DNA from: Macrostomum lignano | Taxonomy: Eukaryota | Reading direction: 5' to 3' | NCBI GenBank assembly: GCA_002269645.1 | Contig: NIVC01002647.1 | Location: forward strand, 89,147-153,146 | DNA: 64,000 nt | Shown: one piece after another, positions 1 through 11,700 of the stretch | Position numbering within the stretch: position 1 is the stretch's first letter | Layout: every line of letters starts with the position of its first letter | Program-made: the position numbers and the translations under genes | Notes under the pieces: generated by a model | Database searches by the model: none | The model's input: the letters and a program-made list of their open reading frames with translations, nothing else | What the model was told of the DNA's origin: nothing

Positions 1-1917
1 ATTTGAGCATGATGCTGTGTGCCATTTGAGCATGATGCTGTGTGCCATTTGAGCATGATGCTGTGCCATTTGAGCATGATGCTGTGCCATTTGAGCATGA
101 TGCTGTACCACTTGAGCATGATGCTGTACCACTTGAGCATGATGCTGTACCACTTGAGCATGATGCTGTGTGCCATATTTGAGCATGATGCTGTGTGCCA
201 TTTGAGCATGATGCTGTGTGCCATTTGAGCATGATGCTGTGCCATTTGAGCATGATGCTGTGCCATTTGAGCATGATGCTGTTTGCCATTTGAGCATGAT
301 GCTGTACCATTTGAGCATGATGCTGTGCCATTTGAGCATGATGCTGTGTGCCATTTGAGCATGATGCTGTGTACCATTTGAGCATGATGCTGTGCCATTT
401 GAGCATGATGCTGTGTGCCATTTGAGCATGATGCTGTGCCATTTGAGCATGATGCTGTGCCATTTGAGCATGATGCTGTGCCATTTGAGCATGATGCTGT
501 ACCACTTGAGCATGATGCTGTACCACTTGAGCATGATGCTGTACCACTTGAGCATGATGCTGTGTGCCATATTTGAGCATGATGCTGTGTGCCATTTGAG
601 CATGATGCTGTGTGCCATTTGAGCATGATGCTGTGCCATTTGAGCATGATGCTGTGCCATTTGAGCATGATGCTGTTTGCCATTTGAGCATGATGCTGTA
701 CCATTTGAGCATGATGCTGTGCCATTTGAGCATGATGCTGTGTGCCATTTGAGCATGATGCTGTGTACCATTTGAGCATGATGCTGTGCCATTTGAGCAT
801 GATGCTGTGTGCCATTTGAGCATGATGCTGTGCCATTTGAGCATGATGCTGTGCCATTTGAGCATGATGCTGTGCCATTTGAGCATGATGCTGTACCACT
901 TGAGCATGATGCTGTACCACTTGAGCATGATGCTGTACCACTTGAGCATGATGCTGTGTGCCATATTTGAGCATGATGCTGTGTGCCATTTGAGCATGAT
1001 GCTGTGTGCCATTTGAGCATGATGCTGTGCCATTTGAGCATGATGCTGTTTGCCATTTGAGCATGATGCTGTGTGCCATTTGAGCATGATGCTGTGCCAT
1101 TTGAGCATGATGCTGTGTGCCATTTGAGCATGATGCTGTACCATTTGAGCATGATGCTGTGCCATTTGAGCATGATTCTGTGTGCGATTTGAGCATGATG
1201 CTGTGCCATTTGAGCATGATGCTGTGCCATTTGAGCATGATGCTGTGTGTCATTTGAGCATGATGCTGTGCCATTTGAGCATGATGCTGTGCCATTTGAG
1301 CATGATGCTGTGCCATTTGAGCATGATTCTGTGTGCGATTTGAGCATGATGCTGTGCCATTTGAGCATGATGCTGTGCCATTTGAGCATGATGCTGTGCC
1401 ATTTGAGCATGATGCTGTGCCATGTGAGCATGATGCTGTGCCATTTGAGCATGATGCTGTGCCATTTGAGCATGATGCTGTGCCATTTGAGCATGATGCT
1501 GTGTGCCATTTGAGCATGATGCTGTGCCATTTGAGCATGATGCTGTGTGCCATTTGAGCATGATGCTGTGTGCCATTTGAGCATGATGCTGTGCCATTTG
1601 AGCATGATGCTGTACCACTTGAGCATGATGCTGTGTGCCATATTTGAGCATGATTCTGTGTGCCATTTGAGCATGATGCTGTGCCACTTGAGCATGATGC
1701 TGTGCCATTTGAGCATGATGCTGTGCCATGTGAGCATGATGCTGTGCCATTTGAGCATGATGCTGTGTGCCATTTGAGCATGATGCTGTGCCATTTGAGC
1801 ATGATGCTGTGTGCCATTTGAGCATGATGCTGTGTGCCATTTGAGCATGATGCTGTGTGCCATTTGAGCATGATGCTGTGTGCCATTTGAGCATGATGCT
1901 GTGTGCCATTTGAGCAC
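1..1917. repeat. Minisatellite, 19/21-bp unit (GT)GCCATTTGAGCATGATGCT, runs off the window start
   Basis: Direct reading. Identical variant blocks recur at 392 and 786 (394-bp higher-order period). Confidence 0.97.
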
Positions 1918-1951
1918 GCTTTGCCATTTCAGTCACCAAATGCAATTTTAC

Positions 1952-2115
1952 CTGTAAGGCAGTCCTGAGTCGCATAGGCCAGATGAACCATCCAGCTACC
2001 TGGCATGGCCATGACCGTCAGCTCCAAAGGTCCGACAGCTGCATCTCCATCGAAGGCGGCAGAATGCTGCTCCTGAGTCAGCCTGAATCGCTGCACAGAT
2101 TCGCACTTCATCCTG
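1952..2115 (-). CDS. Candidate orphan coding exon of an unidentified gene
   Basis: GC-rich island bounded on the minus strand by acceptor TTTCTTACAG (2116) and donor AG|GTAAAA (1951). One frame is open (..MKCESVQRFRLTQEQH..WMVHLAYATQDCLT). No family recognised. Confidence 0.35.
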
Positions 2116-2895
2116 CTGTAAGAAATATATGCCGATATGTAGCGTTTAAAAAGAACTTTTGTTGGTAAAATAAAAAATTAGTATTTATTAATGCAAGTGG
2201 ATCTGAGCACAGAGAGTTGCTATAAAAAGAGACAAAATTAAAAAGACACCAAATATGAGACACAGATACTACTGCAAGTAAATAACTGTACTAATTAATC
2301 ATTTGTTTATTTGGGCCAAAATTCAAGTAATACGAGCGTAATTTGTGGAATTTTATTCACAAGAATCGATTTTAGAAAAAAAAATATTTATTCGATTATA
2401 AATAAACGAACGCTGACCAGATAATAACTACTAATTAAACGTATTAACTCAGCAATAAAAAACAATTAAAAATACAAAATCATGTCATAATTTAAAGAAT
2501 TTGTGATTCGGAAATTACAAGCTAAAAAAACAAATATTTGATCAATATTTTAGGCTGCAGACGGCAAGCTCTGGGTTACAATGAATAATTTTATTATTAT
2601 TTAAACTCCGTCGATGAAAACGCGAAACTTTCATAAACCCAACATTGCAGTCCCGGAGGATGCTCAATGCAGCCAGTCCAGTTCAATTTACCACAGAGCC
2701 GGAGCCAAACGGATTGCAGGAATTCTGTAGTAGATTTGATTAAAACTAAAAAAATATTGACACTCACTGTCGGTGTCATGCTAGCGGACTATTTTGGCAG
2801 ACATCTGGTCACAATAAATTGAAAAAATATAGAGACAAAATTAAGAAACTAAAAATTTGCTCGCGTATGATAAATAAAACATGGGACCGATGTTG

Positions 2896-3548
<653 letters not shown>

Positions 3549-3738
3549 GGTCACAACAACGCAGACACAGAAGTGCAGTACAAATAGCGCATTTCCCTGG
3601 CAATGACAGCAGAAGCGGTGCACAGCTCCATCTAAGCTATTAACTGAATTGCAATTGGGGTTCACAAAGAGGAAAAATCCCTGCGGAACAAAACACAGGG
3701 CCGCACGCGCTTATAACAATTGCCGAGGCGAATGGAAC

Positions 3739-4041
3739 TCAGGCCTCCCTGGAGTTCAGGTAGCTGGCATAGATCTTCACAATGCAGGCAGACATGGGCA
3801 CCAGCATCCGGTCCCAGGTCTTCTGTCTCGCTTTTGTCGCGCGCATCAGCGTCGAGGTCTCCTTGGCGGCGGCCCGGTAGGTGGCCAGAAACTGCTCAAC
3901 ATCGTTGCAAGTCCAGCCGGCCTGAGACCACGGCTCCACCAGCTGCTCGACGGTGTCCAGGAAGAAGTCGCGCGTGTCCTTCGATGTTGTCAGGCTGAGA
4001 GCCAGCTGGGTGAGCCGGCGCAGCAGCTGCTTGTGACCCGC
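3739..4041 (-). CDS. FIBP: FIBP (acidic FGF intracellular-binding protein) exon 4, terminal
   Basis: Acceptor ATAG at 4042, phase 0. AGHKQLLRRLTQLALSLTTSKDTRDFFLDTVEQLVEPWSQ..TWDRMLVPMSACIVKIY matches the recalled FIBP C-terminus ([32 protein letters not shown]). Stop at 3739. Confidence 0.88.
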   Translation of the reverse strand, partial: AGHKQLLRRLTQLALSLTTSKDTRDFFLDTVEQLVEPWSQAGWTCNDVEQFLATYRAAAKETSTLMRATKARQKTWDRMLVPMSACIVKIYASYLNSREA

Positions 4042-5008
4042 CTATTGTCAAATTGGGAAAGTACACGAGTTGCACTTTTATAAATAATGTACTCTAACGC
4101 AATGTACTCCAAACTGTATTTTCATAAGTTAATGCAATTTTAACAAGGAAACACGGGGTTGCAGCCCAGTGGTCAGAGCGTCAGACTCACGACTGAAAGG
4201 TCGGGGGTTCGATTCTCGACCCACTCGGAAAAATTTGAGTCCTTGAGCAAGACACTTAGCTCTGCATTGCTTCAGTTCACCCAGCTGTAAAATGGGTGCC
4301 AGCATTAGCTGGGGTAACTGAGGCTGTGTGTGGCGACCCCCCAGTCCTTGGACTGAACCAGTGGTCCCAGCAAGTAGGTCACTGGTTTTTCGCGCCATTC
4401 TATTTTTTTGCGCCTAGCTTAAAGTCACGCGGCGCGCACAACCTCGAAAACCTCCTGACAGCAAAATTTAGCATACATGTACCTCCTACACTGTTTTTAG
4501 AAATTAATGATTGCAGCAGCAAAGGATTACAAATAAAATATTTGTAGCATTTTAGTTTTAATATTTGATTACAGTTTCAAATTTCTTAAACCACTTTAAA
4601 GCTCAATTTCAGGGAGGTTATTGACATAGATTTTTTTGCGGGATTTAATCGATCACTTTCCCGGACATATTGCAAGGATTATTGTATGTATCTAAATAAG
4701 CGAGCTTCTCTCTTCTCTTCCATCTTGACTCGAGAAATTTATTAATGAAGTTTTGTCTATGGTAAGAATGTAAAGGCTTCGCCCCCACACCCCAGCAGGG
4801 GCTTCGCCCCCACACCCCCATCCCCAACTTCAACTATAGACATACAAGTATGGCTCCGGGATTTATCTGAATACATCCCGCAAAATTAAAAAAGTTTAAA
4901 TAATATATTCGGCTCTCGGGATTTAATCCCATACCGACCTCAAACCCATAGAATATCTTATACGTAATTTAAACCATAGATCGCATTCGGTCTAGATCTG
5001 GGCAGAGG

Positions 5009-6025
5009 CAAGGAGTTCTATAATTAGCAACCTGGAGTGGAAACGAGTTTTTCAGTTTTACCTCATGAGGCCAGACTAGCATAGACAGTCAGACAGAGCC
5101 ATAGACATTCAGTGCTGGCTCCTTATCTTTAAAATTGGCGAGAGCCATAGACATTCAGTGCTGGCTCCTTATCTTTAAAATTGGCGAGAGCCATAGACAT
5201 TCAGTGCTGGCTCCTTATCTTTAAAATTGGCGAGAGCCATAGACATTCAGTGCTGGCTCCTTATCTTTACAATTGGCGAGAGCCATAGACATTCAGTGCT
5301 GGCTCCTTATCTTTAAAATTGGCGAGAGCCATAGACATTCAGTGCTGGCTCCTTATCTTTACAATTGGCGAGAGCCATAGACATTCAGTGCTGGCTCCTT
5401 ATCTTTAAAATTGGCGAGAGCCATAGACATTCAGTGCTGGCTCCTTATCTTTACAATTGGCGAGAGCCATAGACATTCAGTGCTGGCTCCTTATCTTTAC
5501 AATTGGCGAGAGCCATAGACATTCAGTGCTGGCTCCTTATCTTTACAATTGGCGAGAGCCATAGACATTCAGTGCTGGCTCCTTATCTTTACAATTGGCG
5601 AGAGCCATAGACATTCAGTGCTGGCTCCTTATCTTTACAATTGGCGAGAGCCATAGACATTCAGTGCTGGCTCCTTATCTTTACAATTGGCGAGAGCCAT
5701 AGACATTCAGTGCTGGCTCCTTATCTTTACAATTGGCGAGAGCCATAGACATTCAGTGCTGGCTCCTTATCTTTACAATTGGCGAGAGCCATAGACATTC
5801 AGTGCTGGCTCCTTATCTTTACAATTGGCGAGAGCCATAGACATTCAGTGCTGGCTCCTTATCTTTAAAATTGGCGAGAGCCATAGACATTCAGTGCTGG
5901 CTCCTTATCTTTACAATTGGCGAGAGCCATAGACATTCAGTGCTGGCTCCTTATCTTTACAATTGGCGTGGCCTCATGAGGTAAAACTCGCTTCCGCTCC
6001 AGATTGCTAATTGTAGAACTCCTTG
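5009..6025. mobile_element. P-element-like MITE nested in the hAT
   Basis: ~60-bp imperfect TIRs starting CAAGGAGTTCTA; 7-bp TSD GCAGAGG (5002-5008, 6026-6032). CAAGG termini with a 7-8-bp TSD fit the P superfamily (inference). Confidence 0.75.
5095..5968. repeat. 19 x 46-bp tandem array (AGAGCCATAGACATTCAGTGCTGGCTCCTTATCTTTA[A/C]AATTGGCG)
   Basis: 874 bp = exactly 19 units, with one polymorphic A/C position. Confidence 0.95.
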
Positions 6026-6566
6026 GCAGAGGCTACTTAGCATTAGCAACGAGTACATTTTTTTCTCGCATTTTTCCTATGGTACTTACTGGCTCCATCG
6101 TCCCTAAAAATGTTCTAAACTTTTTTGAATATGTAAGAAAAAAGGATTAAAGAAACTGTTAGTTAAAGAAATTAAAGAAAATTCCAATTTTGCGCCAATC
6201 AGTTGTGAAAAAAATCGCGCCATTGCTGTAAAATTTGCACATTCGCGCCTCACTGGGACCACTGGACTGAACAGCTGTACGCAGCCTTCAGATGCGCCGC
6301 GCAATAGCTGCGGCTGAGCTGTCGGTTGCACATCTGGCCCATTAACAATTAACAAGGAAAGTTCACCGCTAAAAGTACATTTTGAATTGAAATATTGCTT
6401 AGAAAATGCACAGGAGCTTTGAACACGGTTCTACATCAAGTGGATTGCACTTTGAAATGCGGTTTAAGTGCATTTAAAAAAACACAGAATTACAGCTGGT
6501 TGTAAAAGTACACGTGCACTTGAAACTGTTGAATTGCACTTTAGAAGCAGGGCTGAAGATTCTCAC

Positions 6567-6923
6567 CTCGAAATCAGCCATAGCTGTCTGGCTGAGCGGC
6601 GCCAGCTGCAATTTTGAAGCCAATTGGCCGCGAATCTCTTCAAGCGCCTCGCGCTCGCCCATGGCTTTCAGCTCTTTGAGGTCGCGCAGGAAATTGGCGT
6701 CAAGGTCCTGGTCCATGTCCTGGCTAGCGCAGTCCTTGCTGGAGTAGGACCAGTGCGCGATCATCTGGTTGGCGCAGTGGGCGAAGTCGTTGAATGACAA
6801 GAAGCCGAGCTTTCGCTTGCTGGTCTCGAAGCGCTGATTGGTGAGGAAGACGGCCGCGGCGTACTCTTTGGCCAGGTGCTCGGGCAGGAGGAACAGCGCT
6901 CGGATGTTGCCCACTAGCGAGCC
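6567..6923 (-). CDS. FIBP: FIBP exon 3
   Basis: CAG acceptor at 6924, GTGAGA donor at 6566, 119 codons. GSLVGNIRALFLLPEHLAKEYAAAVFLTNQRFETSKRKLGFLSFNDFAHCA..DLDANFLRDLKELK matches FIBP. Confidence 0.93.
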
Positions 6924-6980
6924 CTGCGGGTGGCGCAGTTTGAGCCACTTCGGAACGTGGGAGCGATTCTAGGGCCGTGG

Positions 6981-7520
6981 GAGGGGGCGGTTTTTGAGGC
7001 GATGGTAGGGGGCGGTTTTTGAGGTGATGGTAGGGGGCGGTTTTTGAGGCGATGGTAGGGGGCGGTTTTTGAGGCGATGGTAGGGGGCGGTTTTTGAGGT
7101 GATGGTAGGGGGCGGTTTTTGAGGCGATGGTAGGGGGCGGTTTTCGAAGTGATGGTAGGGGGCGGTTTTTGAGGTGATGGTACGGGGCGGTTTTTGAGGC
7201 GATGGTAGGGGGTGGTTTTTGAGGCGATGGTAGGGGGTGGTTTTTGAGGCGATGGTAGGGGGCGGTTTTTGAGGTGATGGTAGGGGGCGGTTTTTGAGGC
7301 GATGGTAGGGGGCGGTTTTTGAGGCGATTGTAGGAGGCGGTTTTTGAGGTGATGGTACGGGGCGGTTTTTGAGGTGATGGTAGGGGGCGGTTTTTGAGGC
7401 GATGGTACGGGGCGGTTTTTGAGGCGAGGGTAGGGGGCGGTTAAGGCGATGGTAGGGGGCGGTTTTTGAGGCGATGGTAGGGGGGCAATTTTGGGGGCGA
7501 AGGTAAGGGCGGTTCCAGGG
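6981..7520. repeat. 25-bp G-rich minisatellite (GAGGCGATGGTAGGGGGCGGTTTTT) in FIBP intron 2
   Basis: Direct reading; degenerates toward 7420-7520. Confidence 0.95.
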
Positions 7521-7577
7521 GCGGCTTTTCTGACGGATAAGAGAGCGAAAAAGTGAAAATAAAAAAGTTGCGAGCAC

Positions 7578-7820
7578 CTTAAGCTCTTCGACAGCCTTGA
7601 AGACGCGGCGAAGATTGTCGAACTGTCTTCTGCACGAGACTAAGGCGAGGCTGTTCCTCTCGGCCGTGTCCTCCAAGTCTCGCCGAGTTTTTGAGTTTAA
7701 CTTTTTCCCAAGCAGGTCGCGCACAACGGGAGCATCAAACTGGTAATACAGCTCGATGAGGCGGCGGACTGCGGACTCGCGAACCGGGAAGAGGCAGGCG
7801 TCTTGAAGCCGGTCGGGCAC
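7578..7820 (-). CDS. FIBP: FIBP exon 2
   Basis: CAG acceptor at 7821, GT donor at 7577, 81 codons. LIELYYQFDAPVVRDLLGKKLNSKTRRDLED..SCRRQFDNLRRVFKAVEE is a hallmark FIBP segment. Confidence 0.95.
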
Positions 7821-7842
7821 CTGGAGTGGTGGAGGAATTTAA

Positions 7843-8428
7843 GGCTGTCACAGTGAGACTGGCGGTGAAACTTCAAAGCATGCTGTCACAGTGAGGGTGA
7901 AAACTCAAAGCATATTGTCACAGTGAGGCTGGCGGTGAAACATCAAAGCATGCTGTCACAGTGAGACTGGCGGTAAAACATCAAAGCATGCTGTCACAGT
8001 GGCGGTGAAACATCAAAGCATGCTGTCACAGTGGCGGTGAAACATCAAAGCATACTGTCACAGTGAGGCTGGCGGTGAAACATCAAAGCATACTGTCACA
8101 GTGAGACTGGCGGTGAAACATCAAAGCATGCTGTTACAGTGAGGCTGGCGGTGAAACATCAAAGCATGCTGTCACAGTGAGGCTGGCGGTGTAACTTCAA
8201 AGCATGCTGTCACAGTGAGGCTGGCGGTGAAACTTCAAAGCATGCTGTCACAGTGAGGCGGGCGGTGAAACTTCAAAGCATGCTGTCACAGTGAGGCTGG
8301 CGGTGAAACTTCAAAGCATGCTGTCACAGTGAGGCTGGCGGTGAAACTTCAAAGCATGCTGTCACAGTGAGGCTGGCGGTGAAACTTCAAAGCATGCTGT
8401 CACAGTGAGGCTGGCGGTGAAACATCAA
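7843..8428. repeat. 38-bp minisatellite (GCTGTCACAGTGAGGCTGGCGGTGAAACTTCAAAGCAT) in FIBP intron 1
   Basis: Direct reading, ~15 copies. Confidence 0.95.
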
Positions 8429-8482
8429 AGTTGATAGCGACCTACCAAATAGACAGACAACAATTATCAACATTTTTCGCAC

Positions 8483-8713
8483 CTGCAGATGCCGCTCCAG
8501 CAGGTCGAACACCCTGTACTCGTTAGCGATCTCGCAGCGAAGCATATCGATGGAACCCGGACAGGTCTTGAGAGCCCCAGCCCTGGTCAGCACCTGGGCC
8601 GCCTCCGCCGGCGCCAGGCCGTTCACCCAGGTCCTGTAGGCGTCCCAGTCTATGCGCAGTTCGCCAGTCACAGAGATGTCCAGGTTCATGCAGGGTGGGG
8701 GGTACACTGTCAT
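8483..8713 (-). CDS. FIBP: FIBP exon 1 (coding start at 8713, or at 8689)
   Basis: MNLDISVTGELRIDWDAYRTWVNG..NEYRVFDLLERHLQ resembles the FIBP N-terminus ([36 protein letters not shown]). Donor CAG|GTGCG at 8482, 77 codons. Confidence 0.9.
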
Positions 8714-8744
8714 GAATGCCGGCGACTGCTGCTGAGTGTGGCTG

Positions 8745-11700
8745 CTGATTGCTGATGAGTCTGTGTGATTGCTGATGAGTCTGCGATGATTGCTGATGAG
8801 TCTGTGTGATTGCTGATGAGTCTGCGATGATTGCTGATGAGTCTGTGTGATTGCTGATGAGACTGTGATGATTGCTGATGAGTCTGCGATGATTTCTGAT
8901 GAGTCTGTGTGATGATTGCTGATGAGTCTGTAATGATTGCTGATGAGTCTGTGTGATGATTGCTGATGAGTCTGTGATGATTGCTGATGAGTCTGTGTGA
9001 TGATTGCTGATGAGTCTGTGATGATTGCTTATGAGTCTGTGATGATTGCTGATGAGTCTGTGTGATGATTGCTGATGAGTCTGTGATGATTGCTTATGAG
9101 TCTGTGATGATTGCTGATGAGTCTGTGATGATTGCTGATGAGTCTGTGATGATTGCTGATGAGTCTGTGTGATGATTGCTGATGAGTCTGTGATGATTGC
9201 TGATGAGTCTGTGTGATGATTGCTGATGAGTCTGTGGAATCACTGTGGGATGATTGCTGATGAGTCTGTGATGATTGCTTATGAGTCTGTGATGATTGCT
9301 GATGAGTCTGTGATGATTGCTTATGAGTCTGTGATGATTGCTGATGAGTCTGTGATGATTGCTGATGAGTCTGTGGAATCACTGTGGGATGATTGCTGAT
9401 GAGTCTGTGATGATTGCTGATGAGTCTGTGATGATTGCTGATGAGTCTGTGATGATTGCTGATGATGAGTCTGTGTGATGATTGCTGATGATGAGTCTGT
9501 GTGATTATTGCTGATGAGTCTGTGTGATGATTGCTGATGAGTCTGTGATGATTGCTTATGAGTCTCTGTGATGATTGCTGATGAGTCTGTGTGATGATTG
9601 CTCATGAGTCTGTGATGATTGCTGATGAGTCTGTGTGATGATTGCTGATGAGTCTGTGTGATGATTGCTCATGAGTCTGTGATGATTGCTGATGAGTCTG
9701 TGTGATGATTCTTGATGAGTCTGTGTGATGATTGCTGATGATTCTGTGGGAGGATTGCTGATGAGTCTGTGATGATTGCTGATGAGTCTGTCATGAATGC
9801 TGATGAGTCTGTGTGATGATTGATGATGAGTCTGTGTGATGATTGCTGATGAGTCTGTGTAATGATTGCTGATGAGTCTGTGATAATTGCTGATGAGTCT
9901 GTGGAATCACTGTGGGATGATTGCTGATGAGTCTGTGATGATTGCTGATGAGTCTGTGATGATTGCTGATGAGTCTGTGTGATGATTGCTGATGAGTCTG
10001 TGATGATTGCTGATGAGTCTGCGATGATTGCTGATGAGTCTGTGATGATTGCTGATGAGTCTGTGATGACTGCTGATGAGTCTGTGTGATGATTGCTGAT
10101 GAGTCTGTGATGATTGCTGATGAGTCTGTGTGATGATTGCTGATGAGTCTGTCATGAATGCTGATGAGTCTGTGTGATGATTGCTGATGAGTCTGTGATG
10201 ATTGCTGATGAGTCTGTGTGATGATTGCTGATGAGTCTGTGATGATTGCTGATGAGTCTGTGTGATGATTGCTGATGAGTCTGTGATGATTGCTTATGAG
10301 TCTCTGTGATGATTGCTGATGAGTCTGTGATAATTGCTGATGAGTCTGCGGAATCACTGTGGGATGATTGCTGATGAGTCTGTGATGATTGCTGATGAGT
10401 CTGTGATGATTGCTGATGAGTCTGTGATGATTGCTGATGAGTCTGTGTGATGATTGCCGATGATGAGTCTGTGATGATTGCTGATGAGTCTGTGATGATT
10501 GCTGATGAGTCTGTGTGATGATTGCTGATGAGTCTGTAATGATTGCTGATGAGTCTGTGTGAAGATGACTGATGAGTCTGTGATGATTGCTGATGATGAG
10601 TCTGTGTGATGATTGCTGATGATGAGTCTGTGTGATTATTGCTGATGAGTCTGTGTGATGATTGCTGATGAGTCTGTGTGATGATTGCTGATGAGTCTGT
10701 GTGATGATTGCTGATGAGTCTGTGGAATCACTGTGGGATGATTGCTGATGAGTCTGTGATGATTGCTGATGAGTCTGTGATGATTGCTGATGATGAGTCT
10801 GTGTGATGATTGCTGATGATGAGTCTGTGTGATTATTGCTGATGAGTCTGTGTGATGATTGCTGATGAGTCTGTGGAATCACTGTGGGATGATTGCTGAT
10901 GAGTCTGTGATGGTTGCTGATGAGTCTGTGATGATTGCTGATGAGTCTGTGATGATTGCTGATGAGTCTGTGATGATTGCTGATGAGTCTGTGATGATTG
11001 CTGATGAGTCTGTGATGATTGCTGATGAGTCTGTGTGATGATTGCTGATGAGTCTGTGATGATTGCTGATGAGTCTGTGTGATGATTGCTGATGAGTCTG
11101 TGATGATTGCTGATGATGAGTCTGTGTGATGATTGCTGATGATGAGTCTGTGTGATTATTGCTGATGAGTCTGTGATGATTGCTGATGAGTCTGTGTGAT
11201 GATTCTTGATGAGTCTGTGTGATGATTGCTGATGATTCTGTGGGAGGATTGCTGATGAGTCTGTGATGATTGCTGATGAGTCTGTCATGAATGCTGATGA
11301 GTCTGTGTGATGATTGATGATGAGTCTGTGTGATGATTGCTGATGAGTCTGTGTAATGATTGCTGATGAGTCTGTGATAATTGCTGATGAGTCTGTGGAA
11401 TCACTGTGGGATGATTGCTGATGAGTCTGTGATGATTGCTGATGAGTCTGTGATGATTGCTGATGAGTCTGCGATGATTGCTGATGAGTCTGTGATGATT
11501 GCTGATGAGTCTGTGATGACTGCTGATGAGTCTGTGTGATGATTGCTGATGAGTCTGTCATGAATGCTGATGAGTCTGTGTGATGATTGCTGATGAGTCT
11601 GTGATGATTGCTGATGAGTCTGTGTGATGATTGCTGATGAGTCTGTGATGATTGCTGATGAGTCTGTGTGATGATTGCTGATGAGTCTGTGATGATTGCT

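Larger units (their letters stand above)
4359..6264. mobile_element. Non-autonomous hAT-type DNA transposon
   Basis: 12-bp TIR CAGTGGTCCCAG / CTGGGACCACTG; perfect 8-bp TSD GACTGAAC (4351-4358, 6265-6272); no ORF. Confidence 0.85.
4152..6348 (+). mobile_element. tRNA-derived CORE-type SINE (4152-4358 + 6273-6348), split by a hAT insertion
   Basis: tRNA-like head with A box (CAGTGGTCAGAGCG) and B box (GGTTCGATTC). CORE-like segment TCCTTGAGCAAGACACTTA..CTGTAAAATGGG. 12-bp direct repeat TTAACAAGGAAA at 4140-4151 and 6349-6360. Confidence 0.75.

Noticed and set aside
19-1975. ORFs such as MPFEHDAV.../AQHHAQM...
   Set aside because: These are translations of the 19/21-bp minisatellite.
4155-4230. 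Functional tRNA gene
   Set aside because: The cloverleaf is incomplete, and the sequence continues into a CORE-like body with a TSD, so it is a SINE head.
4776-4822. GGGGCTTCGCCCC hairpins as a Helitron 3' end
   Set aside because: No CTRR terminus or A/T junction was identified, and the hairpins lie inside the TSD-bounded hAT element.
5095-5968. CRISPR-like array
   Set aside because: Units are head-to-tail with no unique spacers, the context is eukaryotic, and there are no cas genes.
6981-7520. G-quadruplex array
   Set aside because: There is only one G5 run per 25 bp plus GG pairs. Possible, but unsupported beyond composition.
6969-7577. Pro-rich extension of the 283-aa ORF
   Set aside because: Read-through of the FIBP exon 2 donor into the 25-bp intronic repeat.
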